DNA of 64,000 bases from an uncultured archaeon (GCA_964493715.1 CAZBPC010000002.1:73637-137636), one strand, 5' to 3'; counted from the first letter of the stretch, positions 43,282-53,725 are shown. Made by a program: numbers and translations. Notes: generated by a model from the letters alone, not told the origin.

Positions 43282-44110
43282 ATGTTATTAGGGATTAGTA
43301 CTTTAGCACATTTAATAGACAATGTCTCCAAAAAAACTGGTAGTCTTTTTGATAATTTTTTTAAAGCAACAGAAGGTTGTTTTAATTTTGCTGAAGAAAA
43401 TGATATTCTTGTTGTAGAAATTGTTATAGAACCTCAGACTATCATTAGAGGTGAAAATAAACATAAATTCATTGATTTAGTTAACTCATACTCGCTTCAA
43501 AAACAAGTGCATGGACCTTATATCGATATCAATTTATGTTCTCATAATAATACTATTTCTATGGCATCAGTTGAATCATATTTAGAAACGTATAATATCT
43601 GTAAAGAAATTAATATTAATCTGATGACCGTTCATCCGGGACAAGCCAACCCCATGATGACTTCAATAGGATAATATAATAAAATACAGCTTGCAGAAGG
43701 TGTATCGAAAATATTAGACACAATTAATAATTCAGAGTTTACGATTTGCCTTGAGAATATGCCAAAAAGCACATTTATTATGCTTGATCAGAATGATATT
43801 GAAGTTGTTCTAAAGAAAATTAATCGATCTGATTTAAAATTGACCTATGATACTAGTTATTTCTATACTAATGATGGTAATATTAAGTTTTATGGGATAA
43901 ATATCATAAAATTATTAAACATGTCCACCTTGTTGAAAACTTTTCAAAATTTTCAGATACTCATCCAACCTTAGGGACTGGAAAAATTAATTTCCAAGAA
44001 ATTTTCAATCAACTCAAAAAATTTCAATATGGGGGATCTTTAATTATTGAATTAGCATCATCGATTAATCTACAAACGAGTATTCAATATATTTATCAAT
44101 TTTTAAAGTT
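43282..44110 (+). pseudogene. Sugar phosphate isomerase/epimerase (AP endonuclease family 2 TIM barrel) pseudogene
   Basis: VHGPYIDINL, TVHPG, in-frame TAA at 43672-43674, CLENMP, YDTSY, frameshift near 43890 into HVHLVEN..DTHPTLGTGKINF..LIIE. Confidence 0.8.
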
Positions 44111-44183
44111 AGTTAGAAGGGAACATTATTTTCTTTATTTTCGTTTAAAATTTATAATAAAATCTACCTTAATAATTGTAATT

Positions 44184-44576
44184 ATGAAAATAATTTCTTT
44201 GCAAATTAGCGATGATTTATTAGTTAGATTTGAAAAAGTTAGATTCAGAAGTGGATTTAATTCAAAAAGTGAAGCCTTGAGGGATGCAATTGTAAAATTC
44301 ATTGAGAATTATGAGAAATTTGAAAATCTGAATGGATATAAGATAATGACAATAAATTTGGTTTATCCATTTAAAAATATCATATCAGATGAGATTTCAG
44401 AATTATATAACCAATTCAACGCGATTATAAAAGCAATTACTGATTGGAGAATTGTAGAAAAAAAAATAGAAGTTGTATTAACAGTGGGAGAATTTGGACT
44501 TATTAAGGATTTGTATCAATCTCTGGCCAAAATAAAAGATGTATCTTGCTCAATTCATGAGATTGTTATCGATTAA
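44184..44576 (+). CDS. Ribbon-helix-helix regulator, NikR/CopG-like
   Basis: IISLQISDDLL...SKSEALRDAI plus ACT-like C-terminus lacking the NikR His ligands. Confidence 0.75.
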   Translation: MKIISLQISDDLLVRFEKVRFRSGFNSKSEALRDAIVKFIENYEKFENLNGYKIMTINLVYPFKNIISDEISELYNQFNAIIKAITDWRIVEKKIEVVLTVGEFGLIKDLYQSLAKIKDVSCSIHEIVID

Positions 44577-44585
44577 ATTGTTCAA

Positions 44586-45455
44586 TTAGTCAAATCGAAG
44601 TGAAATATCGACTTTTTCAGGAGGAAATTGGGTTAATTCACTGGAGCTTATAATATCTGGTTCAGCAATCACATAATCGACGAAATTTTCTAATGTAATA
44701 CCTCCTGAAACTTCAATTATTACCATTCCACGAACTTTATTCCTTTTCAATGTACTAATTGCATTCCCTACTTGATCAGGGGTCATATTATCGAGCATGA
44801 TGATGTCTGCCCCTAATTTAGCTGCAATTAAAACATCTTCAACCCTTTCAATTTCAATTTCAATTTTTTTTGTGAAACTAGCACTCTTTTTTATTTCTCT
44901 CATCATTTCCTCTATGTTTCCATTGTAATATTTTAAATGTGTATCTTTCAATAATATCATATCATCGAGTGAAAAACGATGTGTTTCCCCTCCACCGAGA
45001 AAAACTGCTTTCTTCTCAAAAATACGCAATCCTGGAAGCGTTTTACGTGTACATGCTATCTTTACAGCTTTTCCAGAATTTTTAATAATTTCTACATACT
45101 TACGAGTAGTAGTAGTTATGGCACTCATATGAGAGAGCAAATTTAGAGCTGTTCGTTCTCCAAATAGTATTGATTGTGTTTCTCCTTTTAGATGGGCAAG
45201 GATATCTCCTTTCTTCACTCGATCTCCATCTTCTTTAACAAGGTTCACGGATACATTTAAAATGTCATATATTAAATTCAATTCTTCTAATCCACTAATA
45301 TAACCACTGCTTTTTGCTATAACTTTTGCAGAACTAATTGCAATTTCGGGAATTATACTTGAACTCACGTCACTGAAATGACAATCTTCTTCAAGAAATT
45401 CTCTAATTTTTCTCTCTAAAATTAAGTTATTAAACTTCACTTTGATGATCACCAA
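44586..45455 (-). CDS. nadC: Quinolinate phosphoribosyltransferase
   Basis: ERTALN, TRKTLPG, HRFSL, KDTH, IMLDN, SGGIT. Confidence 0.93.
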   Translation of the reverse strand: MVIIKVKFNNLILERKIREFLEEDCHFSDVSSSIIPEIAISSAKVIAKSSGYISGLEELNLIYDILNVSVNLVKEDGDRVKKGDILAHLKGETQSILFGERTALNLLSHMSAITTTTRKYVEIIKNSGKAVKIACTRKTLPGLRIFEKKAVFLGGGETHRFSLDDMILLKDTHLKYYNGNIEEMMREIKKSASFTKKIEIEIERVEDVLIAAKLGADIIMLDNMTPDQVGNAISTLKRNKVRGMVIIEVSGGITLENFVDYVIAEPDIISSSELTQFPPEKVDISLRFD

Positions 45456-45495
45456 CTGTAGTATAATTATTATAGAATCAAATCTAATTAAAATT

Positions 45496-46152
45496 ATGCT
45501 AATGATTCAAGGTAATGAAGTATCTTTAGAAGCGGAGATTTTTCAGTCAGGAAATGAATTTAACAATACTGTAGTCTTAATATGCCATCCTCATCCTCAA
45601 TTTCTGTAGGGTTTCCTAAGAAAGGGAAAATATGGAGGATCGATGCATAATAATGTTATATCTTATATTTTCAATCATTTAGTTAAAAATGATATCTCGT
45701 GTTTACGTTTCAATTTCAGAGGTGTAGAAAGATCAACTGGAAAACATTCAGGAGGAAGTGGAGAGTTATCTGATGTTCATAGTTGTATTACATTTCTCCA
45801 AAAAAGAGAGATACAAAGGATAATAATATGTGGGTATTCTTATGGTGCCGCTATCGGATGCTCAGCTGTAAATTTTTCAGAATCAATCATAGGATTCTGC
45901 GCGATTTCTTTTCCGTGGGATTTTATGGGAAAAAATTACAAAAATCTCTCACAAACTGAAAAACCTAAACTATTTATTCAAGGGGATCAAGATTCTATTG
46001 CTAGTTTTGATAATTTCTTGTCTCATTATAATTTCTATAAGGAACCCAAAGAAAAAATTATTATCAAGGGAGCTGATCACTTCTATTGGGGATTAGAAGG
46101 AATTTTAGCAGATAAAGTGGTTAAATTTGTAAAAAAGTTCAATCCATCTTAA
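45496..46152 (+). CDS. Alpha/beta hydrolase (HPHP-x-x-GG-x-M family), 208 aa after removal of intron 45600-45629
   Basis: Spliced ..ICHPHPQYGGSMHNNV; RFNFRGV, GYSYG nucleophile, QGDQD, GADHF. Confidence 0.88.
45600..45629 (+). other. 30-nt bulge-helix-bulge intron in alpha/beta hydrolase mRNA
   Basis: Central helix TCCT 45594-45597 / GGGA 45624-45627 (one G-U); bulges CAA and AAA; inner stem TTTCT/AGAAA plus TAGG-gttt-CCTA; contains in-frame TAG at 45607-45609. Confidence 0.85.
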
Positions 46153-46182
46153 CCAACAACATTTAATCATATGAAATCTGAC

Positions 46183-46581
46183 TTAAATAGTTGATAATTT
46201 CTCTAAATCTTGAAAACTGTTTTGTACAGCCCAATCAAGCAGTTGTTCATAATATCTCTCAATATCATCCGATTCTGGTGGCTTAGAGAGAACAGCTAAT
46301 AAAAATTGAGTTTTATCGTCTTTCATAATAATATTTCTGCAAATAATAAAATCATTAACATACTTGATCTTCAAACTTGCTAATAGAGATAAACTTAATT
46401 CTTCAGATGCTTTATATGCGGCATCACTCAGTAAGGATCCCATAGCCGCTATTACTCTTTCATCAACCTCATCTACTTTTTGTGAAGCTAAAACAAGTCC
46501 TGTAGAAGTAGAAAAAAGAGACGCTCGAAAATTACCATTATCATTGAGTTCTTTCAGAATCATCTCAAGTTTGCCAACCAT
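46183..46581 (-). CDS. Roadblock/LC7 domain protein
   Basis: ASLFSTSTGLVLAS...VIAAMGSLLSDAA. Confidence 0.75.
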   Translation of the reverse strand: MVGKLEMILKELNDNGNFRASLFSTSTGLVLASQKVDEVDERVIAAMGSLLSDAAYKASEELSLSLLASLKIKYVNDFIICRNIIMKDDKTQFLLAVLSKPPESDDIERYYEQLLDWAVQNSFQDLEKLSTI

Positions 46582-46711
46582 TTTAAATTTCCACTTTCGT
46601 TAAATTGATTTATAAATATGTAAATTATAAGCTCTTTACTATATTTAACATTAACTGATTTCTAATTTTATACGATTACAATCATATTTTGATTCTAAAA
46701 AAAAAATAGCA

Positions 46712-47236
46712 TTAACCTAATTTTAGATTTATGATATAAGTAGATAAAATGTTATTTTCATCAATAGACATGGTTATCACGCTCGGTCTCGCAACGGGTT
46801 TATCAAATCCTCGTTTTTGAGCTGGAGCCTTAGGATTTGTAGGGCTACCTGGATTTATAAGTAATGTGTTAAATCTGGTCCCTTTGATTAATTGTTGATG
46901 AGAGTGACCTATGATCAATATATGAATTTCATTACTTTTAAAGAAATTCTCCAAATCTTTGGGTTCTTCGTGAATAACACCGATGTTATATTTTCCCGCG
47001 GGAAACTTAATGAATCTTTCAAGATCTTTTATGTTATCGTCATGACCTTTAACAGATATAGTTGGAGCAATCATATTTAAATCCTTTAGAAAATTCTTGC
47101 TACAAATATCTCCTGCATGAATAATTTGATCAACATCTTTGAAAACTCTTTTTAACTCATATAACAATTCATTAGTCTTAGTTACATCATCATTTTCAGT
47201 AATGTGTGTATCTGAAATTATTCCATATTTAACCAT
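46712..47236 (-). CDS. Metallophosphoesterase, YfcE/Vps29 family
   Basis: ISDTH, HAGD, KGHDD, GHSH, NPGS. Confidence 0.85.
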   Translation of the reverse strand: MVKYGIISDTHITENDDVTKTNELLYELKRVFKDVDQIIHAGDICSKNFLKDLNMIAPTISVKGHDDNIKDLERFIKFPAGKYNIGVIHEEPKDLENFFKSNEIHILIIGHSHQQLIKGTRFNTLLINPGSPTNPKAPAQKRGFDKPVARPSVITMSIDENNILSTYIINLKLG

Positions 47237-47248
47237 GCTATCGCACCA

Positions 47249-48304
47249 TTAATAAAAAACTACTCCTATAATAAAAATAAGAAATCCAAACAAAAAGTCG
47301 AGCATTATTCGTATTATTTTAGATTTAGTATTTTCTCTAATTTGAGCATCATTTTTGAAATATAGTTTTATATCTTTTGTACCTATTGAAAAGCTTTCTT
47401 TAATGAGAGGAAATTCTAATAATAATAAAACAATACCAATAACCATTAATGGAAGATAAAGAAACAATGCTAGAATCATAAAGTCATTTCCTTGAAGATA
47501 ATTCCAAATTGCATGTGCAGATATAATATTATTAATACCGTGTGCGAATATAGCGGGAAAAATCCATCGCCGCCTTAAAACAGTCATCGAAAGGATCATT
47601 CCTATAAAAAATGCTTCAATCATCCATATAAAAGGAAAAAATATTGGAGCTCTTGGACTTGCAGGGCTAAATAAATAAGCAAAATGACCCATACCAAAAT
47701 AAAAGGAAGAAATTACGACTGCCGACATTTTAGAAACATAATCACTTCCCCTATTTGCTAAAAATCCCCTAGTTAGAGATTCCTCATAAAAAGCGACTGA
47801 AAATTGTATGATTATTACTGAACCTAAAAATATGAGATATGGCTCAAAAAAATAGGAATTTGTGACGTTAAAGGTTAAGACCAAAGCAGAATATTCAAGC
47901 ATTTGTGGCGCAAAAAAATAAGTTAAGAAATCAATTGGAATAAAAACTAAAAATAAAATCAAAATCCCATATAATAATTGAAACTTAAAATTCGATCTTT
48001 TTATAACAAATAAACCGAGAAAATTTCGAGATGGGCTCGTATCTCTCTCTAATATAAGTTCTCCTCGCTTCCCATATAAGGCAAAATTAGAAACATACAG
48101 GAATAAAGTAATAGCTACAATCACTATCATAGCTCTTACTAGAAAATATGAGATGCCATAAATTGCTCCATAATTTTGAAGAAATGATAATGGAAGTAAT
48201 ATAATTGAGGTAATGAGGATGCCCAGAAAAATGAGGACAGTCTCAAGTAAAAAATAGAATCTTTGTATAACCATTTTTTTCGTTGAACTTCGTTTTCTTG
48301 TCAT
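47249..48304 (-). CDS. CPBP (Abi/CAAX) intramembrane metalloprotease
   Basis: EESLTRG, FGMGH, AHGINN. Confidence 0.88.
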   Translation of the reverse strand: MTRKRSSTKKMVIQRFYFLLETVLIFLGILITSIILLPLSFLQNYGAIYGISYFLVRAMIVIVAITLFLYVSNFALYGKRGELILERDTSPSRNFLGLFVIKRSNFKFQLLYGILILFLVFIPIDFLTYFFAPQMLEYSALVLTFNVTNSYFFEPYLIFLGSVIIIQFSVAFYEESLTRGFLANRGSDYVSKMSAVVISSFYFGMGHFAYLFSPASPRAPIFFPFIWMIEAFFIGMILSMTVLRRRWIFPAIFAHGINNIISAHAIWNYLQGNDFMILALFLYLPLMVIGIVLLLLEFPLIKESFSIGTKDIKLYFKNDAQIRENTKSKIIRIMLDFLFGFLIFIIGVVFY

Positions 48305-48413
48305 AGAGGAATTACCTTAATAGATTAATTTAGAAATTATAATATAATTAATAGTATAAATATTATCGTTTCATTGTTAAGTTTATCATCAGTATTTAAT
48401 CATCTAGTTGTAG

Positions 48414-49601
48414 TTAATTATATTCAAAAGAACCAAATTCTGATTTAATTTCAACGACATTTTTTTTAGCACTTGGGGATTCTTCACAGAAACCAATAAT
48501 TTTTGATTCAATTGCAAACTTTCTACAGATCTCCATAATTTTTTTTGCATTGGACTCACTACAGTAGATTTCTAAACGATTCCCCATATTAAAAACTTGA
48601 TACATATCTCTCCACGGCGTTTCAGAGGAGTTCTGAATAATTTCGAAAATTTTGGGTGCTTTAAATAGGTTATTCTTTATATATTTTATCCCCTTACCAA
48701 AATTTAGAACCTTAGTTTGCCCTCCTCCTGTATTTTGAATAATGCCATGAATTTCTTTTCTAAAATTATGTAAAATTTCAATTAATACTGGAGCATAAGT
48801 TCTAGTTGGAGATAGAAGAGATTTACCTATATCTAATTCTAATCCTGGAAGCTTATCTGTTAATAAATGTATACCAAAAAAGAGTAATTCCTCATTAGTC
48901 TCTCTATCAAAACACTCGGGATATGTTTCGTGGTATTTATGAGCCAGTACACCATGGCGAGCAAGTGTTAACCCATTACTCCCTATACCACTGTTATATT
49001 CATCCTCATATACTGCCTTTCCATCACTAGCTAATCCTAATATTACGTCACCGGGTTGAATATTTGATGCATCTATCACATCTTTTCGCTCCATTGTTGT
49101 AAACATTGACGCGTCAACTAATAAAGTCTTTACAATATCCCCCACATCAGCAGTTTCGCCTCCACACATAATCACTTTTAAGCCGAGTTCCGTCAATTTA
49201 CTACTATAGGACTGATATTCATTAATAATTTCATTAACAATTTGTCCTGAAATGTAATGACTATTTCTCCCGATATTGTTTGATAAGAAATAATCCCCCG
49301 TTGCTCCTACGCATAGCATATCATCAATATTCATGACCATCGCGTCTCTAACAATACCTCTAAATACAGAGATGTCATTTGTTTCTCTATAATACATGTA
49401 TGCTAAACTGCTTTTGGTTCCTGCCCCATCGGAATGAAATATTGAACAATATTTAGTTCTCATTCTTACATCTTCCACGATCTTACAAAAAGCTCCAGGA
49501 AATAATCCTTTATTGATATTTTCTATTGCATTGTGAACAACTTCTTTTTTAGATGAAACACCTAATTGGGAGTAAATATTTTTCTCATCTGGCATTTTCA
49601 T
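48414..49601 (-). CDS. purM: AIR synthase (long PurM form)
   Basis: DGAGTK, MNIDD, GGETADVGD, GSNG, NTGGG, FNMG. Confidence 0.9.
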   Translation of the reverse strand: MKMPDEKNIYSQLGVSSKKEVVHNAIENINKGLFPGAFCKIVEDVRMRTKYCSIFHSDGAGTKSSLAYMYYRETNDISVFRGIVRDAMVMNIDDMLCVGATGDYFLSNNIGRNSHYISGQIVNEIINEYQSYSSKLTELGLKVIMCGGETADVGDIVKTLLVDASMFTTMERKDVIDASNIQPGDVILGLASDGKAVYEDEYNSGIGSNGLTLARHGVLAHKYHETYPECFDRETNEELLFFGIHLLTDKLPGLELDIGKSLLSPTRTYAPVLIEILHNFRKEIHGIIQNTGGGQTKVLNFGKGIKYIKNNLFKAPKIFEIIQNSSETPWRDMYQVFNMGNRLEIYCSESNAKKIMEICRKFAIESKIIGFCEESPSAKKNVVEIKSEFGSFEYN

Positions 49602-50956
49602 ATTGTATATTTATTTCTCAATATTTCTATTAAATGATCAATTTGAGCTTCTGCTAACCCAGTATATTGATGAGGATCCAATAAATCTTTCAATTCTTTT
49701 TCAGAGAATTTTTGCTTTATTTTAGAATTATTACTTAAAATTTCTTCTATGAACTTATTTTCATTTATAGCATGCATTACAGCTTGTCTTAGTATTTCGT
49801 GTCCTTCTTGTCTTCCAATTCCTCGATTAACAAGTTCTAACATAATTTTTTCACTTAAACAAGCCCCTTTAGTAAGATTTAAATTTTTTTCTACGTTAAT
49901 TTCGTTAAATTCAACTCCTTGAAGAATTGAAATCATCTGTTGAATAATATAGTCTAAAAGTATGAAATTTTCAGCAAAAATTATTCGTTCATTGGCTGAA
50001 TTCGTAAGATCCCTTTCATCCTCTAAAATAATGTTATCTAAAGCAGGAATAACGTTAGATTTTAACACTCTCGCCAAACTACAAATTCTTTCCGATTTAT
50101 GAGGATTTCTTTTGTGAGGCATTGTTGAACTACCTACTTGACTTTTCTTGAACGGTTCAAACATTTCAGCAATTTCATTTCTTTGAAGGATACGAAATTC
50201 TCTGGCTATTTTTGCTATAGATTGACCAATTAATGATGTTAATATAATTACTTCAGCATGACGGTCTCTTTGTATTATTTGATTTGCGATTAGAACAGCA
50301 TTTAAATCAAGAAGTTGCATTAATTTTGTTTGTAATTTAATGCCTTTTTCTCCAAAGCTTGCCATTGTTCCCACTGCTCCAGACATTTTTCCAAAAGATA
50401 TTCTTTCTAAAATTTGCTCTAATCGATCAAGATGCCTACTTATTTCATAAGCCCAAACTCCAAATCGCATCCCATAAGTGGTAGGAATAGCATGTTGTCC
50501 ATGAGTTCTTCCAATACATACCAAATTTTTTTTTTCTTCAGCTATCTTTACAATTACCATTAATAATTTGGTTAATGATTTCTTAATGTAGGTTAAAGCC
50601 TCTCGAAGTTGTAAAGCTGTAGCTGTATCCTCAATATCATAGCTAGTTGCCCCTAAATGGATGTATTTACCTGCATTTCCTTCACATTGCTCTGTTAAAG
50701 CTTTAACCATCGCCATTAAATCATGATGAATTTCATCATCAATTTCTTTGACTCTTTCAAGTTTAACGTATTTCAAGTTAGCCTTTTTATTAATCTCTTC
50801 TGCTATTTTTAAAGGAATGATATTCAATTGGGCATTAACGGTCGCTAAAACAGCTTCAATTTTTAGCCAATTTTTTAATTTAGTCTCCTCCGTAAAAATT
50901 GAAGCAATATCGGTTCGGTATCGATTTTCAATTGGATTTACAAATTGATGATTCAT
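49598..50956 (-). CDS. purB: Adenylosuccinate lyase
   Basis: HLGATSYD, GRTHGQHA, GSSTMPHKRNP. Confidence 0.95.
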   Translation of the reverse strand: MNHQFVNPIENRYRTDIASIFTEETKLKNWLKIEAVLATVNAQLNIIPLKIAEEINKKANLKYVKLERVKEIDDEIHHDLMAMVKALTEQCEGNAGKYIHLGATSYDIEDTATALQLREALTYIKKSLTKLLMVIVKIAEEKKNLVCIGRTHGQHAIPTTYGMRFGVWAYEISRHLDRLEQILERISFGKMSGAVGTMASFGEKGIKLQTKLMQLLDLNAVLIANQIIQRDRHAEVIILTSLIGQSIAKIAREFRILQRNEIAEMFEPFKKSQVGSSTMPHKRNPHKSERICSLARVLKSNVIPALDNIILEDERDLTNSANERIIFAENFILLDYIIQQMISILQGVEFNEINVEKNLNLTKGACLSEKIMLELVNRGIGRQEGHEILRQAVMHAINENKFIEEILSNNSKIKQKFSEKELKDLLDPHQYTGLAEAQIDHLIEILRNKYTI

Positions 50957-51087
50957 AATTTCAATTTAACATTAAATAATTTCGATAATTAAAGTAATCT
51001 CCAATCTTTTAATACTTTTTGGCTGGTAAGATAATAAACTTGATTTGATTCAATAAATCAGGATAAATTTACAAAATTAAAAGAATT

Positions 51088-51780
51088 TTAGAGTGAATTA
51101 CTGCTAGTTAATAATACCATTATGTAATCAGCTACTGATTCAATAGAATCTGATATCGCTTCTAATATATCAAACACGTTCCCGACTGTAAAGATCGTGA
51201 AGAAGTTAACTTTATATTCCGTATCTTGAAGACTCTTCCGCAATCTAATATTGAGAAGATCAACAGCGTGTTCTTTTTGGTTAATCTGGGTAGTATATTC
51301 TTTAACATGTTCTCTATCTTTAAGAAGGTCTATCAATATTTTATCTAAGAATACTGAGCATTCAACGGTAATATCCATTATTTCTAAGATAATATCTATT
51401 GTTTCGTCACTGCTTTGTTCCCAAAAAATAAATGGAATAGTGACTATCCTACGAGCAACTCCTGTGCAACAATTTGCAACATCATCCATTCTTTTAACTA
51501 AATGGGAAAGATTTTGCCTTACACTGGGATTTAATTCTCCGCGAGAGACATCTTTTTGTATCTTTCTTCTAAGAACGTCTGCTTCTTTTTCGAGATTATC
51601 AACATTTTGCAGAATTTTGTGAGATTTTTCCTCTTCCTTTTCTCTCAATAACAATTTTAAACCATTATTCAATTCCTTGACACACTCTTGAACTATCTGA
51701 GCGTGTTTTATCGACTTTTCTAATGCATTCAGTGTTGTTTCTCGTTTCAAAAATTCTATTAACGAACCCATTTTTTTCAC
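51088..51780 (-). CDS. DUF47 (PhoU-like) phosphate transport regulator
   Basis: LEKEADVLRR, DDVAN, EHAVD, ISDSIESVAD. Confidence 0.85.
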   Translation of the reverse strand: MKKMGSLIEFLKRETTLNALEKSIKHAQIVQECVKELNNGLKLLLREKEEEKSHKILQNVDNLEKEADVLRRKIQKDVSRGELNPSVRQNLSHLVKRMDDVANCCTGVARRIVTIPFIFWEQSSDETIDIILEIMDITVECSVFLDKILIDLLKDREHVKEYTTQINQKEHAVDLLNIRLRKSLQDTEYKVNFFTIFTVGNVFDILEAISDSIESVADYIMVLLTSSNSL

Positions 51781-51839
51781 TTCCCTTCTATCTTAATTTT
51801 ATAATCATATCTTTTATAACTTATGATTTGAAAATTTTC

Positions 51840-52883
51840 CTAAATAAAACCTATTGATATTGATCCAAAATATAATAATCCTGCCATGATCGCTGCAATA
51901 GGAAATGTAAGAACCCAATAGATTGCCATTCTGCCAAGCCCCTTGGTATCGACTTCTTTCTTTTGAGCGAGAGTTAAGCCTATAATGCAAAATACAATCA
52001 CATGACTATGAGATATTGGTAAACTTAGTAATGTTGCAATCATAAGTATAATTGCGGAACTTGTTTGAATGACCAATCCTTCACTTGGACGGGAATCAGT
52101 CATTTGAGAAGCTAAATTTTTTATTACATAGCGAGCAGCAATATAAATTCCTAAGAATGCAAAAATTCCGCATGATATAGCATATAAAAAATATTGATCG
52201 ACCCCAATCGAACCATTATCTAGCAAACCATATAGAATTCCCAATGCTTCACCAGAATTTGCCCCCACCCATATTTCTGCGAATATCACCGCAACGAGAA
52301 GAATCCACTTGAAATATTGTTCTGACGTTTCAATTTGATTAAGGCCCTTTAATCGTTTAAGATATACTTTTGTAATAATTTTAAAAATTAAATAAGTAAT
52401 TATTAGTCCAGATATCGGAGATATGAACCAGCTAAGTATTACATTACCTAATTTCTCCCAATTAAAGGCTGTTTGAGGATCCACCCCTCCTTGAAAGATC
52501 GAATAAGTAATAACTACTCCAAAGACGCTACCTATTAAAGCGTGCGTGCTACTAAGAGGCATTCCAGCAAAGCTACCGATAACCAACCATAAAATGCTAC
52601 TAATTAATACGGTTAAAAGCATGCTAGTAGTATAAACAAGCCCTTCTCCTAAAATATCAGATCCCACTGTTTTTGCTACAAATCCCCCGCTAGTTGAGAT
52701 CATTCCTCCTCCAATTGCCATCCCCCCAATAATTAGAGCTAATCTAAATTTTATTACTCCAGTACCAACTAAGGCAGATAATGTTTCATCATTCGCACCT
52801 ATAGAAAATGCCAATGCAATAGCAAGAACGATTAAAACAATAATGATAATCTGATCTATCCCATCTGCCAATTTTATCCCCAA
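51840..52883 (-). CDS. Inorganic phosphate transporter (PiT family)
   Basis: GAND, PLSSTH, GANS, PISHSH. Confidence 0.9.
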   Translation of the reverse strand: MGIKLADGIDQIIIIVLIVLAIALAFSIGANDETLSALVGTGVIKFRLALIIGGMAIGGGMISTSGGFVAKTVGSDILGEGLVYTTSMLLTVLISSILWLVIGSFAGMPLSSTHALIGSVFGVVITYSIFQGGVDPQTAFNWEKLGNVILSWFISPISGLIITYLIFKIITKVYLKRLKGLNQIETSEQYFKWILLVAVIFAEIWVGANSGEALGILYGLLDNGSIGVDQYFLYAISCGIFAFLGIYIAARYVIKNLASQMTDSRPSEGLVIQTSSAIILMIATLLSLPISHSHVIVFCIIGLTLAQKKEVDTKGLGRMAIYWVLTFPIAAIMAGLLYFGSISIGFI

Positions 52884-52891
52884 GAAGACAA

Positions 52892-53566
52892 TTATTTGAA
52901 TATTAAATATTTAACAGCAAGAAATTGGATGTATTCTGAAAAATTTTTAATGTGATCCGCTAACATCATAATATCTCCAACCATATCTTTGAGATACAGA
53001 AAAGTTCTTGATAGATAATCCATATCATAATGATATAACCTTTGAATTAGTTGAAATTCAAGCTTGCGCATTTTTCTTCTTTCTTCTTTTATTTCCTCAC
53101 ATATGTCATGAGCTTTTTTCAAATCAGTTCCTATTAAATTTACAGAAGTTGCTAGATCATTTGAAATGAATTTTAATGATTCGAGAATACGAGATACTCG
53201 TAACTTAAATTCATCGTCAGGAAAGATTATACGATATACAAGCATCCTGTTAGCCATATATTCCGCGATAGTTTTTATATCATTGATTTTATTGAATAAC
53301 TTGAGGCGATCTGCTTTTGAAAACATTAATTTTGATGTGAATATCTTGGATTCAAACACTTTCTTAACTTGAACTTCTGTTGTGGTTTCGATTACAAAAG
53401 TCATATTCTTTTTAAAATGTTCATAATTTTCTTCAATTAGATACTCAATACCTTCAATTAATATGAAATTCTGTTTATTAATAATATCCATGAATAAGTG
53501 AGTTAACTCATCAATGCTCTTTTTCTTCAATTCATTTTCTTCATATTCTTGTACCATAAAAATCAC
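52892..53566 (-). CDS. Divergent DUF47-like protein
   Basis: Helical repeats, KADRLKL..INDI, LADHIKNFSEYI. Confidence 0.65.
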   Translation of the reverse strand: MIFMVQEYEENELKKKSIDELTHLFMDIINKQNFILIEGIEYLIEENYEHFKKNMTFVIETTTEVQVKKVFESKIFTSKLMFSKADRLKLFNKINDIKTIAEYMANRMLVYRIIFPDDEFKLRVSRILESLKFISNDLATSVNLIGTDLKKAHDICEEIKEERRKMRKLEFQLIQRLYHYDMDYLSRTFLYLKDMVGDIMMLADHIKNFSEYIQFLAVKYLIFK

Positions 53567-53725
53567 CTACATTAAACTATAAAAAATAATTGTAAGTAAA
53601 TTAATGCCGTTTTTTATTATTAATACAAAAATATGCTAAATATTTTTGGATTTCTAGGTTTAAATTCAAAATCAATAAAACTATCTTAACTTATAATTCA
53701 GGATTGAGAAAAAAAAATAAAAAAG

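Noticed and set aside
43660-43900. Stop and frameshift in the TIM-barrel gene as further introns
   Set aside because: No extra sequence and no BHB fold; these are simple point and indel lesions.
46804-46839. 8-bp stem CAAATCCT/AGGATTTG inside the phosphoesterase gene as a hidden in-frame intron
   Set aside because: No 4-bp central helix flanked by 3-nt bulges can be drawn, and the ORF is intact.
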